From Glaucostegus cemiculus (taxonomy: Eukaryota), in NCBI GenBank assembly GCA_976551045.1, contig CDPCPM010000052.1, positions 4,030,001 to 4,094,000 on the forward strand: a stretch of DNA of 64,000 bases, read 5' to 3'. Below, piece after piece: positions 1 to 12,810 of the stretch (its first letter is position 1; the number at the start of each line of letters is the position of its first letter). The notes under the pieces were generated by a model that saw only the letters and a list, made by a program, of their open reading frames with translations, was not told the DNA's origin and did no database searches. Both the position numbers and the translations under genes were made by a program.

Positions 1-197
1 GTGCTGGAGGATGCCAGTTAACCCATTGGGCCCATGTAAACATCTAATGGAGCAATCCTATCAGTGGAACTCAGCGGGTCAGGCAAGGGAATGGATAATC
101 GACATTTTAGGTCAAGACCCTTTTATCTTTCTCCTGAGTTCCTCCAGTAGTTTGTTTCTTGCTCTGGATTCCAGCATCTTCAGTCTCTTGAGTCTCC
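1..197. mobile_element. Decayed fold-back Penelope-derived element (cut by the window edge) with a ~55-bp insertion
   Basis: gctggagg...gaactcagcgggtcaggc arm and the inverted ctgagttcctccag arm; degenerate antisense hammerhead core (cgacattttaggtcaagacccttttatc). Confidence 0.7.
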
Positions 198-199
198 AA

Positions 200-440
200 T
201 CCTATCAATGTTCTTTTTCGCATGTCCATCAGCTCCTCATCTTTTGCCACGTAACTGAAGAGCAACTCGCCATTAAGCCATGCGTGTCTTTGGGATGTTG
301 GAGGAAAACACAGCATTCAACAAAAAAAACATCCAGGGAGGGTGTAAACTCCACTCAAACAGCACGGGGTTAGAATCAGACCTGGGTGTGTGGAGCTGCA
401 AGAGGGCAGCAGTAACTGCTACGCCACCCATTGCACCCCT
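200..440 (-). mobile_element. Old tRNA-derived V-domain SINE (HE1-like)
   Basis: Minus strand reads ggtggcgtagcagttactgctgcc...cccaggtctgattc...gttttcctccaacatcccaaagac, i.e. an A/B-box head plus V-domain core. Confidence 0.7.
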
Positions 441-2907
441 ATTGGATGTTTGTTTTACTCTGTGTTTAACCTTGATTGTCCCTTTTGCTTTTCTTAAGTC
501 TTGTCTCTCTTAAGTGATGCACCCTTTTGCCTCAGCCTTTACTTCAGTTTTCTTCTGTGTTACTTATTTTGTTCCCTTGCTGTTAACTGTTGGTCTTTTG
601 TACCAGTTGCTTTTTTGGTTATTTTTCCTTTGTTTGCAATCAGTGTATTTGGATCAAGAATTTGTATTTTGTGTGAAAGTGCTAAATTTTGTCCTAGTCT
701 TGGTTTTCCCATTTTGTCCTCTGCGTTCCCTTGTACCTTGGAAGCACCATGCCCACTATTCACAGTGAATGTGATGCTTGGCACAATTTCTTCTGACATT
801 GGCAGTGAGCGTGCCAACATTTTTGAGTGAATAATAAGAAATATTTTGGTAGGGGTAGAAAGTAGTTGTTGTGGGGAGAGATTTTCTAATTTGTGCTTTT
901 TAAAAATTAGTTTTTTGTTGAGCATCTTGCACTTTTGGAAGGAAGACTTCAGTGGCATTGGATGCATTTGAAGCACTTGCAGAAAGGTTTGTTTGGAGGT
1001 TGTCATGAAATTCTCTATTCAGGACAATTCTATTAGCAGTATTTGTATTTCATGAGTTAAAACAGACAATAAAATCTTCCAGAATAAATGGATTGTTGCA
1101 CCAGCTGTTGTCTGTCTTCCCCTCCCATCCCAGCTTGAGTTGGTCCACTGAACTTTTTGCCAGAGGCCATCTTGTTGTCTCCTAAGATTTTTGTAACAAA
1201 AGATGACATTCCAAACACTAGTAGCTTTTCTTGAATAATTTTTAATCCTGGCTAATTGCCTCCTCTTTTCTGACCTTTTTCACTCTTGCACACAAGTTAA
1301 GCTGAAGATATGTATGTACATTTAAGTTACTGAATTGATGTAGATCCAAGTGTCTCTGCCAGAAAGACTGATTCGCAGCTACATATGGAAGCAAAAGCTG
1401 GCTCAAGGGCTGGTTAAATATGAACATAACATACACTGTGTAGGGAGGCTTTTCCTTTCTTTATTAAGTCACACTTCATTAGAGAAATAAATTGTCAGCA
1501 ACTGCTTTTTCTGATTTGTTGGGGGATTAGTGCAAAGGGCATTTTAACCTCTTTACTCTGCAGCTTTGTTCAGCTTTGGTAAGGCTGTTGGAGCCGTGCC
1601 TTTCTCCACAACTCCCCAAATAAAATCTTGGATGTAATATTTTACCCTCATCTGTTGTATTTCGCTGTCAGATTTTTTTCTAGTCTTTCTGGCCATGGCC
1701 AACAATATAAGCTGCATCTAGCTGTGATGGTCCACGGAATAGGGAAAAAAGGTGGGTTACTTGGTTTTCTGAAGGTTGGTATTCCTTCCCTAATGTGTGA
1801 TTGTGCAAAAGCCCAGATGGATGTTCTGTTAAAAACGACACTCCTGTGCATTATGTACAACCATCAATACCGCTTAGTAATCTGCTTATCATTCCAAACA
1901 AGAAAAAAACCCTGTGGTTACAAATATCTTCATTCTGATCATTTTATTTTAAACAAATCATTACAAGAAGCTCTTGGTTTTTATATACACAAGATAGTCT
2001 CAAACTTGGGTACGGTTAGAACAGTGATATATGACACGTACCTGAAATAGATTGGAAAGCAGCAACAGACTATCATGAGTGTATTTGATTTGGCAGTGAA
2101 AACCAATTCTTTTTCCATGGATATTAACACGGCAAGTAGAAGCATTTACAGCGTGAAATGTATCTTTCCCAAGGCAATATAATGTATGTTAAAAATATTC
2201 ATTATATTAGATTTACTGAGAGTTAGGTTTTCAGCCTAGATCACTTCAGCTGTCAGTAGACTGTTAGCTGGAATTGGTTTAAAGTGGAGTTGTTTTACTG
2301 CACTGGAGCAGGTGTCAGAAACCCCTGACACAACTGGAAATCCTGTCACTCTGCATTTTGTTTCCATCACACTGAACTGAATTCAGAAAGAGCAGCAGGA
2401 AGAAAGTGGGGTACTGAAAGCTAAAGTAAGTTCAGGTTTTCCTTCAGAATAAAAAGTGCCCAAACTATCCATATATTTTTGATCAAATCGAGTACAATGT
2501 ATTTCTTGGAGTCAGATGAAATGGTTTATTCTCCTTTTTCTTTGTGCCTCTGCCTTGCAAAAATACTTCTCCTAGTCGTAGATACTTTGATGCAAGTTTT
2601 GGACTTGGACTTGAATTGCTTTAACTGTTTCTTTAGATTTCTGTGCTCTGACAAGACTGAAATATTTACAGAATATTTTCTTTTATAAATACTTAATTTA
2701 GGAGCTGAAAGCTGCATGTCATGAATTCCTGACTTGTTAGTGGATGCAAATATATTTGTAATGCAAGATCAAAGCATTAAATGTTCTGCACGTGTTTTAT
2801 TCGCGGCTAGAGTTCCCAGTTAGATGCACTTACAGCTTACACTGGAGTCCAGTATAGTTCTTCGATCATCCAGGCTATTGAGATTTAAAATGTAAATTGG
2901 TTTTAAT

Positions 2908-3775
2908 TATAGAAACCTAGGAAAACTACAGCACAGTTCAGGCCCTTCGGCCCACAAAACTCTGCCAAACATGTCCCTACCTTAGAAATTACTAGGCTTA
3001 CCCATAGCTCTCTATTTTTCTCAGTTCCGTGTATCTATCCAAAAGTCTCTTAAAGGACCCTATCATATCCACCTCCACCACCTGTTGCCGGCAGCCCATT
3101 CCATGCACTCACCACTCTGAGTAAAAAAATTTACCCCTGACATCTCCTCTCTACCTACTCCCCAGCAGCTTAAACCTGTGTTCTCTTGTGGCAACCATTT
3201 CAGCCCTGAGAAAAAACCTCTGACTATCCACACGATCAATGCCTCTCATCATCTTGTACACCTCTATCAGGTCACCTCTCATTCTCCGTCGCTCTAAGGA
3301 GAAAAGGCTAGTTCACTCTGTGTTTTCATAAGACATGCTCCCCAATACACGCAGCATCCTTGTAAATCTCCTCTGCACCTTTTCTATGGCTTCCACATCC
3401 TTCCTGTAGTGAGATGACCAGAACTGAGCACAGTACTCCAAGTGGGGTCTGAGCAGGGTCCTATATAGCTGCAACATTACCTCACGGCTTCTAAATTCAA
3501 TTCCATGATTGATGAAGAACAGTATACCGTATGCTGCCTTTGCCACAGAGTCAACCTGTGCAGCTGATTTGAACATGCTATGGACTCGGACCCCAAGATC
3601 GCTCTGATCCTCCATTCTGCCATCTTATTTGACCTACCAAAATGAACCACTTCACACTTATCTGGGTGGAACTCCATCTGCCACTTCTCAGCCCAGTTTT
3701 GCTATCCACAACACCTCCAACCTTTGTGTCAACAGCAGACTTACTAACCCATTCCTCCACTTCCTCATCCAGGTG
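2908..3775 (-). mobile_element. 5'-truncated CR1/HER1-type LINE (RT C-terminus + 3' UTR)
   Basis: Minus-strand ORF fragments WVSK.A.DTKVGG, MEFHPDKCEVVHFG, LYRTLLRPHLEYCAQFWS; 3' tail gggccgaagggcctg...gtttctat. Confidence 0.95.
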
Positions 3776-6700
3776 ATGGGCCAGGATTTCTTTGAGGTGA
3801 AATAGTGTTCACTTTACTGAATCACAGACTGGTTAATTTATGATCAGTTGCTTCCTGTATTAATGTGCCAGACAGCCAAACAAAAGCGTACAACTGCTTT
3901 AATATTTTTTCTTCCCCAGCAATGAGTCCCTTCCATAATTTGCAGCTATTCCTTGGCCTTGTTCTAAGCTTAAGATGGCAGGGTGAAAAATCTTAAGAAC
4001 TAGATTGGTGCAAAGTGAATTTTACCGGAGCTTAATGTTAACATATGTTTCATAAGCAACAGGGAGATGATTCTTCAGATGTTGTTATCTCACAGTTGTC
4101 AGGGAGTGAACCTAGTGCCTGTCTTATCATCCAGACTCTGGCTGCTTTTGGGTGCAGCCCAAAATTTTGCACAAGCTGATATTTGTATTTCCTAAGTGAG
4201 ACTCTCAAGCATCCTTAAAGCCTTTTCTCTGTTGCCCTATCATTGTCACTGAAATGCTTTATGATCTGTTCTTAACCAATTGAGTGGTAATCCATGGTGC
4301 ATTTTTTGTAGTACAGAATGTTTATCAACCATACTAAAGGTATGTAGGGGTGTGTTATTTTAACCACAGTGACAGAAAAGCAATTTGATTATTTGATTTA
4401 ATATTAGACTCTTGGTTCGGGAAAATTGGACAAAATCTTTGTGCCTTGCTCTCTGTTGTAAAGGATGCTTTAAACAGATTTTACTTACTTCATTTCAGTA
4501 AGCAGCTTTCATCATTTGCTGCTGTGGATTTAATGATCTGAACTAATAATTGTTAAACACATTCAAAAGGAGACCATAGTTGATTGGAATGATCCAAACA
4601 AGGAAGTGAGTGATAGCGAAGCTAGTTAAATGTGAAGTGGCCGAAACCTGCAACTTAGTTGATCTCTAGTGATCTGCTCAGTTTAGTTACGATTTTTATC
4701 CATTAGTTTGTGACTGGATGATGGTGATTTGGTTGCATCCAACTGTCTGGAGAAAATTGGATCTTTGATAAGCACCCTGTTATCAGAAGGGGCTAGTTTC
4801 TCATTTGCATTTAGATGAGTATTGATTATTTATTTACTCAACTGAAGTGGGATTCTTTTCCAATTTTAACTGAATTGTCTGTGTTGTCAGTTGAAAGAGA
4901 GATAAAGCTCCTGACACCACCATGAGATAAGAACACTTTGTAGTGAAGATAAAAGTTCGAAGGGACCTTTTTCTGTTGTTGACTGGAAGTGAAAGTTTAA
5001 AAATTAGAATTGATGGGTTGTGTTTCCAAAACGTTTTCAGTATTTTTTTTCCTATTTAGTCAGGTTTGTTAGGAAAGTAACCTCTGTCTTTTCACCACAC
5101 TGGACTTGTCTGAACTGTGCATTCAAACAAAAGGCAAGGCTCCTTTGTTTCAAAACCAGTGCAAATGCAAGATCTTATCCCACAGTAAAATAATGGAAAT
5201 GTTGAATATGTTACTGGCATTGAAGGAGAATATGTTGTTTTGTGCAGCTCTGCATATGTATAGTCTTAACACAAGTTAAATATCTTGTGTAGTCATACAT
5301 AATCGTAACAGCCCTTTGTTTTGTTTAACACCAGGCAGTTGAGTTAATTTAGAGATGAGCATTTTCTAAAGGGCAGCCATAGCTTCAGCCTGTTTTTTTT
5401 TGTCTGCAAACACCTGCACTGTTGGTTCTGTGATACAGCATGTTTATGCATACACAGGTTTTTCTACAATTGCAATAATGTGCCTGCTGTCTCGTATGGT
5501 AAAACCCCCAGTTGACATGTAATATCCTAAAGTGTCTTACAGATTATGATCTGTCACTTTGCAGAATTTATATTGATTTACAAAGACAGCTTGTGTTACT
5601 GTAGCCATCAAAGATTAGTGCAGCATTTTCACACTATATAAATGGGGCAGAGTTGGTATTATTTGGGCAATTTACTGAATTGTATTAATTAAACATGTGA
5701 TTTCAAAGTAATATTTTAAGATTTAATGCTTAAATTATAAAGAAATTAAAATTTACACCAAATAGAAATGGTTTGTGTTGCAGAGTCATTCCAAGATACC
5801 TTTTGACTTCAGAGAAAGGCTCATTTGAAGGATGGGTTCATGTTTCATGTGTGTGTGGTTACAATGTGTTGTTCAGAAATTGCTTTAGTTTCTGCATCCA
5901 AATGATTTTTTTTAAAGGCTTTTGAAATAAAAAAAGTATAACTTTACAAATTAAATGGATCTTTATAAAATTATTTAAAGTACATATAGCTTTACAACTG
6001 CCAATGTGAGGATTGTTGAAATTTGCTTTAAGCATTGAATTAAGTGTCACACAACACAGTTCATGTGATAAAGATTATTGCCATTTTTAAAAATCTTTTC
6101 ATAAGCATTCTGTTTCTGATAATTATGCTCATGTTAACATGCTGGGGATTGAAACTCATTTCCAGTTCTAACACCATTATCAATATCAAACAGACACAGC
6201 TTAGCTGCAGCATAAAGCTTCCCTCACATTAACACAACAATGCACTTCAGATTTTGCTGCAGAGAGATGACCTCCTTGATCTCTTCCTCGCAACTTTTTG
6301 GCTCTGGAGTAAAAATGCTCATTTTTGTGCCACTAGGGCTGGTGTCCATTAGAACGACGTTGAGGCGGGTGAATAAATGTTGCTGTAGTAGTGGCAAGCA
6401 CAGGACACTTTCTTTGGGGAAAGACGAGGATTCAAATTCCAAGAGGAAAAGATTGTGTTATTATCAACTGTGATCCTCCCCCTTAGACCCCTTACTTTTA
6501 AAGCTTTTTAATGAATTAAAGTTTCATTGTTTTGTAAATGATGATTGCTGTCAGTTTACATAAAACTGAATGACACTCAAGGCTAGCTGGCAAGGATGTA
6601 CAGAGTACTCTGGAGTATCCCTGCCGCTCTACATGAGTGCAGGGCTGAAGCAGGGTAAGTGCTTTTACGTAAGCACTGAAATGCTTTACTGGCCCAGTAC

Positions 6701-6779
6701 AACTAGATCCTCTGTCTTGCACAAACGTTGTGATTATATCAGATTGTAACTTGAATTTGTCTGCTATTTAATTTTCAAA

Positions 6780-7120
6780 CAATGCCATTGGACTGAGCCG
6801 TTTTCAGATATTGAACAGTTGAGCTTGTTCGGCTCACAGCAAGTTACTGGGTTAACCAGTGATATGAGCAGAACGTGTTTTCTGCTTGGGAAGGGGAAGA
6901 TCCAGCAGTGCTCACGCTGTTGGTCACTATGCAGGAACCTCCCACTGTAGAGGCATGCTGGATATTCAGTGAGAACAGATTAGCTGAGCACCCACTGTGA
7001 TCCAACAGTCGACTCGCATTCCAGTGCCCGTGTTCATATGGCAGCCATTTGGACAAGATACAGGAGGGCAACTGGAGTGCCGAAAGAGCTCAACGGCTTC
7101 AGAAGAGGGAGAAAACTGAT
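6780..7120 (+). mobile_element. Highly diverged ancient SINE-like dispersed repeat
   Basis: Resembles a recalled chondrichthyan SINE (ggcagccatttggac...caggagggc...cttcagaagagggagaaaa end). A possibly related remnant lies at ~60050-60280. Confidence 0.4.
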
Positions 7121-7684
7121 GCAAGAGAAAGCACTCAATTATATGAGGGAAATAAAACACGATTGTTAAATTTCATTTGTCTTTGTAGATCTCATAATAT
7201 TTCCGCAGGTAAATAGCAATAAAATTCTTCCCAAATAAATTGTGGAAATTGTGAGGAAGGAAGCAAATACTTTTGATTAAAGCCATGACCTAATTTCTAG
7301 TTTTCTGAATCTGCGTTTACATTGAAAGAGAACAGTGGCTGAGAAAATCAGGAGATTTTCCAAACCAATTTAAATTAGTTTGTTGCCATTGGGCTGTTTT
7401 AAATGGCTGTGCAATATAGGAGAAATGCCACGAGTATTAATATATTATTTAAACTTTTGTGCCTAAAACCATTTACTTTTTTGAGCCTTGACTATAAAAT
7501 ACAAATGACCCTGGTTTTATTGAAACAATGGTTGATGTGTTAATCGGTTCATGGCATTTGTTTTTGCTTTGGGGGAAGCGATGGGATAATAAACACTATC
7601 TTTGAAGTGTTTAACTACATTTTCTACACAATTAGGATGAAAGTTTCTCATTCACATTATTTGCTGGCATTTTTTTCTTTCCAG

Positions 7685-7792
7685 GACATCAATATCGGCT
7701 TGAGAAGCAAAATGAACCTAACGTAGCTGTAGATTTAGATCGTACCTTAGAGAGTCAGAGCACTTTGGAATTCTGTCTGGTCAGAGAGTACA
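7685..7792 (+). CDS. MAPKAP1: MAPKAP1/SIN1 internal coding exon (108 nt, phase 1-1), C-terminal part of the Ras-binding domain
   Basis: Acceptor ttttttctttccag|GA, donor TACA|gtaagt. Translates (G)[35 protein letters not shown](S), matching human SIN1 [37 protein letters not shown]. Confidence 0.97.
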
Positions 7793-8879
7793 GTAAGTTT
7801 GACTTTTTATTCTTGACAAATATCTAAAAAATATATGCAAAGTACTGATTAGAAATGTGCATGTTTGAAATGGTTTGAAGTATTAAAAAAAGTTGTGATG
7901 ATAAAAACGGGACACTGGGTTGGCAGATTTTGGTGTCAGTGATATAAAACGAACGCATGAGGATGCTGTAATTGGTGGAAGAGCATTCTTTACAATGGGA
8001 GTATTTGGAAGAAAACTTCAGTGGAAGCTGAGTCTGCGTTCCTTATGTACTCTGTTTCAACCCCTCTCACTGATGTTGACCATTAGGACCGGCAGTCACA
8101 ATTGCAACATGGCATCTGAATAATTCAACTTTGAACAAACAGCATTCCACATTTAGTTGGGAAAAAAATGACAAGGAAATGTCAATGATTTTTCAGAAAA
8201 ATGTGTGAGATACCAAAGATATTCTTTGCATTTTGAGCAGAAGCAGATGGGATTTTTGTAAGACCTAAATATTGTAAATAATCTTGACATTATATTTTTG
8301 TTTTGATCTCAAAATTACTTTGGAGTTGAAGACTTGCTGGAATTGCTGAGCTTTTAACAGTGTGAAGAAGGTGAATCAAAGCTGCTGTAAATCTGAAAAT
8401 GTTCTCTTGAGCTGTTCAAGGCTTCAGTAGTTCTATTCTCGTCCTTTCTCCCTCCATACCCACCCAACACACCTTTACCTCAAACCATGGAAAGAAACAA
8501 ACCTGTTCTCCCGATGCTCGTAAAAAAAAAACCCATGCAACTGAAAGCAGAACAGCAGGATTTTGAAGTTAATTATATTTTTAAACTAGGATTGAAAGCA
8601 TTGCTGATCTCTAGATTTTCTGGTCAGATTCTTATCAAAGCTGTAGAAAGTGAAATATCTACATATTTGGGAATGATTTCTGATTGGGCATTAGTTTTGT
8701 TAATTTTACAGTGCAGTAATAGCCTCTACGCTGAATTACTTGTCATCTTTTAAGTACCAGTAGTATGTTGAACAACATTTTATGTTAAGAGTTGCAAGTT
8801 TGCATGTAGTAAATGCACCTTAATGAGAAGGAGGTTGAAAGAGATTGTTGTAACTTTTGGGTTAAATTACTGAGTGGGA

Positions 8880-9120
8880 AACCCAGAATATTGAACTGAT
8901 TCAAAACCCACCACATGGATGAGGCATTTGAATTCAGGAAAGTCAATAAAAAGCTCATGTCAGGATAGTGAACATGAACCGCCTAACCTCCTGGTTTGTA
9001 GCTCTTTCAGAGAAGAAATCTGCCTCCCTCATCATGTCTAAGATTCTCAGGCAAGTGGTAGAGTCCAATATGCACCTAAAATGGCCTACAGTCTTTTTAA
9101 TTCAAGGACAGTTCTAGGTA
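8880..9120 (+). mobile_element. Decayed chondrichthyan tRNA-SINE (family sharing its 3' tail with an old CR1-clade LINE)
   Basis: ttcaaaacccaccac...atttgaattca...tgaacatgaa...ctttcagagaagaaatctgcc...aaatggccta; same order of motifs as 46170-46390. Confidence 0.55.
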
Positions 9121-10139
9121 CCCTTTCAGAAAGGCTTTATCTGTGACAGCTACTTTGTATAAATTAGTAAATAAAGTATACTGAGAATTTAAAATATTTT
9201 TATGTTTCATTGAAGAATACAATTATTTTGTTTAATTTGCTTCATACAGCACAATTTTGTTTTCTAACCAATGCAAAGTATCTTGTCAAAATGTTAAGAC
9301 TGCTCACCATTTTAACTTGACTTCTGGAGTTGGTCATATTTTACAATTTTAGGACATTTTTTAAGTTGAACATTTGTATCTTGAGATTTAGTAACAATGA
9401 AGTGGAAGTTTTATTTTTCAGTTTTGAAAACAATTTGTAAATTGAGCAAGGCTGTTGTTTCATTTTGTATTTGCTTAACGATTCAAGAGCATGTGTTAAT
9501 CCAGTATATTATTTTTAAAGACTGTACAGTTTTCAAACGGTAACCAATCCTGTTATGCTGCAAATTATTAAATCTGATAATTTATTGATAATACACCAAA
9601 TTGCAAGTCTTTTGCATGAAACCATCATTTGGAAATTTGTGCAGTTCACAAGTCAAGTTGCAAGTTCTATTTCAGTATAAAGCTGGAGAAGTCTGCTTGT
9701 TCAAGTACTGCTTGAAATTGTCACCATGCTGGCATGCTGTTGACATTCCTTGCAATGCAAATTATTTGATCTCAGCTGGAGATATCTGGCTTGCCAAACG
9801 GAAGGCAAAATCCTTCCATCAGGCAAAGGATGGAGAAATTGTAAGAAAAGCTGAAAATTATCACTTTGTTTAATTCTCCTTGCACAGCCTCTAAAATTTC
9901 CTTTTTATTTACTATTTGACATGATAGCAAGTTATAAGAAATGGCCAGCAACATGATTAGGTGAGCTGGTTCTTGACAAATTCCACTTGCTTGAGAATTT
10001 TGCAGATAGATGGTATCATAAGTACCTCACATTTAGTCAATGTGAAAGGTTTCTGTGTGCCACATGAAAGAAAGGTACATTGATTTGGGGCTGAACAACT
10101 TGTGGCTTGAAAAGGGGTAAACCAAGAGTACTGAATGAG

Positions 10140-10560
10140 GAAGCCAAGTGAAGTTTTATAAAGTTTAAAGGGTGAGTTCTTGGTATTATCCTGTTCCTAA
10201 TGTGCATAAATAAAATGGATCATGAAATCAATGTGATGATGAGAAAAGAAATTCAAAGTTCAGGAGACCAGATCCAAATTAAATCAATTTTTCAATCAGA
10301 CAAAATAAAATCAAGTATTACATTTATTTGAAAACTCTGTTCATCACAGTTCAGGTCATGCAGTGAAGCATTGAAGAAAACTAAATTTAATGTTAGGGGA
10401 TGTAGTTAGAATGATTTGAAATAGCGATGCTTTGCAAGACTTCAGTTTTGGTCATTGTGCATTGAAGAAAAACACTTCAGAAAGCATGTAGACAAAAGAG
10501 ACAAGTCTGAAGAGTACCTGAGGTTTGAGGAATTAGGGAACTTAACATTATTACAGAGTC
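10140..10560 (+). mobile_element. Very old CR1 RT fragment
   Basis: Degenerate similarity to CR1 RT/C-terminal sequence (ttcttggtattatcctgttcctaatgtgcataaat; ttcagttttggtca...agaaagcatgtagac...aagagacaag). Confidence 0.45.
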
Positions 10561-10589
10561 TTGTATCACAAGAGGAGACATTTGCCTAT

Positions 10590-10920
10590 TTGTTCTGATT
10601 TGATCTATCATCCCCTTTTCATGTTTCTTCCTGATGGCATTGAATTGTTTTTCCTCCAAGTATCTGTCCAGTACCCTTTTGTAAGGCTTCTGTTGAGTTT
10701 ATTTGCCATGTCCAAACTAGCATTCAAAACTATAAACACTTGCTGGATGAATTTTTTTTTTTTTGCTTCTTTTCTAGTCACTTGAAATCTGTGCCTTCCA
10801 TTTAATAGCCTTTCGGCCACTGGAAACAACTTCTCTTCATTCGTTCTACTTAAACCTTTCATGATTTCAAACACCTTTCTCTTACCCCCTCTTGGCTGCC
10901 AGCTCTCAAGGAGAACAGCA
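10590..10920 (-). mobile_element. Old CR1 3'-end fragment
   Basis: Minus ORF 10608-10874 FEIMKGLSRTNEEKLFPVAE...GRHRFQV...KKFIQQVFIVLNASL corresponds to the CR1 ORF2 C-terminus. Confidence 0.75.
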
Positions 10921-12589
10921 CTATTTGCATCTCAGTATTAAATCTATATTTAAAGTAGATCTGAATTGTTAGATTTAAATATCAAATGTTGGAAAAGACT
11001 ATCAGTAAATATCAGATGACATTTAAAATGATAACTGTTTGGAAGGTTCAGCCAAAGTTAACCAAGAATATTGGAATTGTTACAAAGTTGAATGTTACAA
11101 TGGCAGTATCAACGTAGACCTTTCAAAGTTTTTGTCTTTTATAAATTGGCATGCCGTGTTGCTTCTAATAATATGCAGATGTGTGAAATCTTATTTGTTA
11201 TTTTTGGAGCATGAGATTGGGGTACATTAACAGTAGTGGAAAGCAGTTTGCCTGTTGGCTGGTGCTAACCAGCAGTGAAAATAGAGTTTGGGCCCAACCC
11301 ACAACGGAGCAAAACTCTGAGGCTAACCAGTTGAGGTCACCTTCAACTGCTTAGTTTGTTGACGCTTGAAGTGCAGACGCAGTGAGGTGTAGATTTTGGC
11401 TCAGAGTATTCAGACAATCCATTGTAACGTTAAAGTCCTTATTAAAGCTAGCTAACTTTAAGTCAAATGTTGAACAGCGAATTCAGCATGAATATTTTCA
11501 GAGTTCTAATGTTCAAATGTGCCCAGAGATTTTAGATAAACAAGCAGAACAGTTAAAATTCCAGCCTGATTAAAAAGACCACAGATATGGGCCTTACACT
11601 GGTAGTTGGCCTGAAAGTTTGCCTTTTGCCTTTGTCAACTCCTAACGTCATTTGATTATTGGCATTCAAAACAAATTAGTGTTAATTTATTGACATTGGT
11701 TATAAGACTTCCAGTGGATGCTCAGTTCATACTGTAAATTTAGTTGGGGAGTTGGAATAGGCAGTTTATTTAATTGCAGGTAATTGCTGTGCATCATTAC
11801 AGTAATTCAATTGCAGTAATATAACTAAATTATTGTGGGGGCGTTATTGTTTATTTAAATTGTTTATAAAGTTCCAGTTCATGGCTTGCATTTAAAGCAT
11901 GTAGGAAAACTTGTTAACAGAGGTGCATTTCGGGATCAATGGTTGTTGCAGAAGCCACCACGATAACATCATGCTTCACAAGTGTCAAAGTAGAGACGTG
12001 TTACCAGATTTGTAATATTATTGGTCTACCCTGTCCTTTGGGTGGGGGATTGGGCTTAAATATTAATTCCAGTTAATTGCAAAAGAAAATGCAAATTATT
12101 AATCTGACATATCCATTGGAAAACTGCTTGCATGTGCTATTTTGTTTGCTTTAGGATAACTGGTCATTCAGAAGTGTACTTAATTTTGGTTCATAGAACA
12201 GTTAGATTGAAGGGATAATAAGACATCTGGGAATGTTAATCTTTGCCAAACTCCTTTCTGACAGACTCTTCCAAGCAAATGCAGCAAAAGAAATGAAATC
12301 ATTGGCATGAGGTGATGGCATGTGCCTTATGTTTCAATCTGTGTTGAAGACTCCCAAAGCTTCTGGTGCAATTTCAAGCATAAGAGGACATCAATAATTA
12401 CGCTGCACCTCCATCACAGGGGTGATTCTTAATCTTTGTCCAGTTTTCTTAATCTGTTGAAATTATTTTTTTTAACTCCTGATTTTTTTTTTCCCCCCTG
12501 CAAGCTCAATTTCATGACATTCTGTGCTTTATGCTACCATTGCTGATGTGCTCAGGTCATTGGATCTCGGTTTGCCTGAATTTCTGCTT

Positions 12590-12810
12590 TTGCAGGATTT
12601 TGCTGATGCTGGATTGGCCATCATTTGTTGCCCATCCCTAGCTGCCCTTGACAATATGGTAGTGAGCTCCTACCATGAACTGTTGCAGTCCTGGTGTTGG
12701 GTAGGTAGTTGTAGAGCTTTGACTTAGTGGCAGCGAAGGAACCGTGAGAAACCCAGTATCCCTGCTAAGTTGTCCTTTGAGTTGGAGGTTAGAGGTTTAA
12801 GGATGTTCAA
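12590..12810 (-). mobile_element. Old CR1-clade LINE 3'-end fragment
   Basis: gctggattggccatcatttgttgcccatccctagctgcccttga is the reverse complement of the ggcaattagggatgggcaataaatgc tail, also seen at ~46320-46350. Confidence 0.65.

Noticed and set aside
4146-4170. Short palindrome ttttggg-tgcag-cccaaaa
   Set aside because: 7-bp low-complexity arms are expected by chance in 64 kb.
11215-11400. LF-SINE-like remnant
   Set aside because: Only a short resemblance (gtgaaaatagagtttgggcccaaccc); too weak to call without an alignment.
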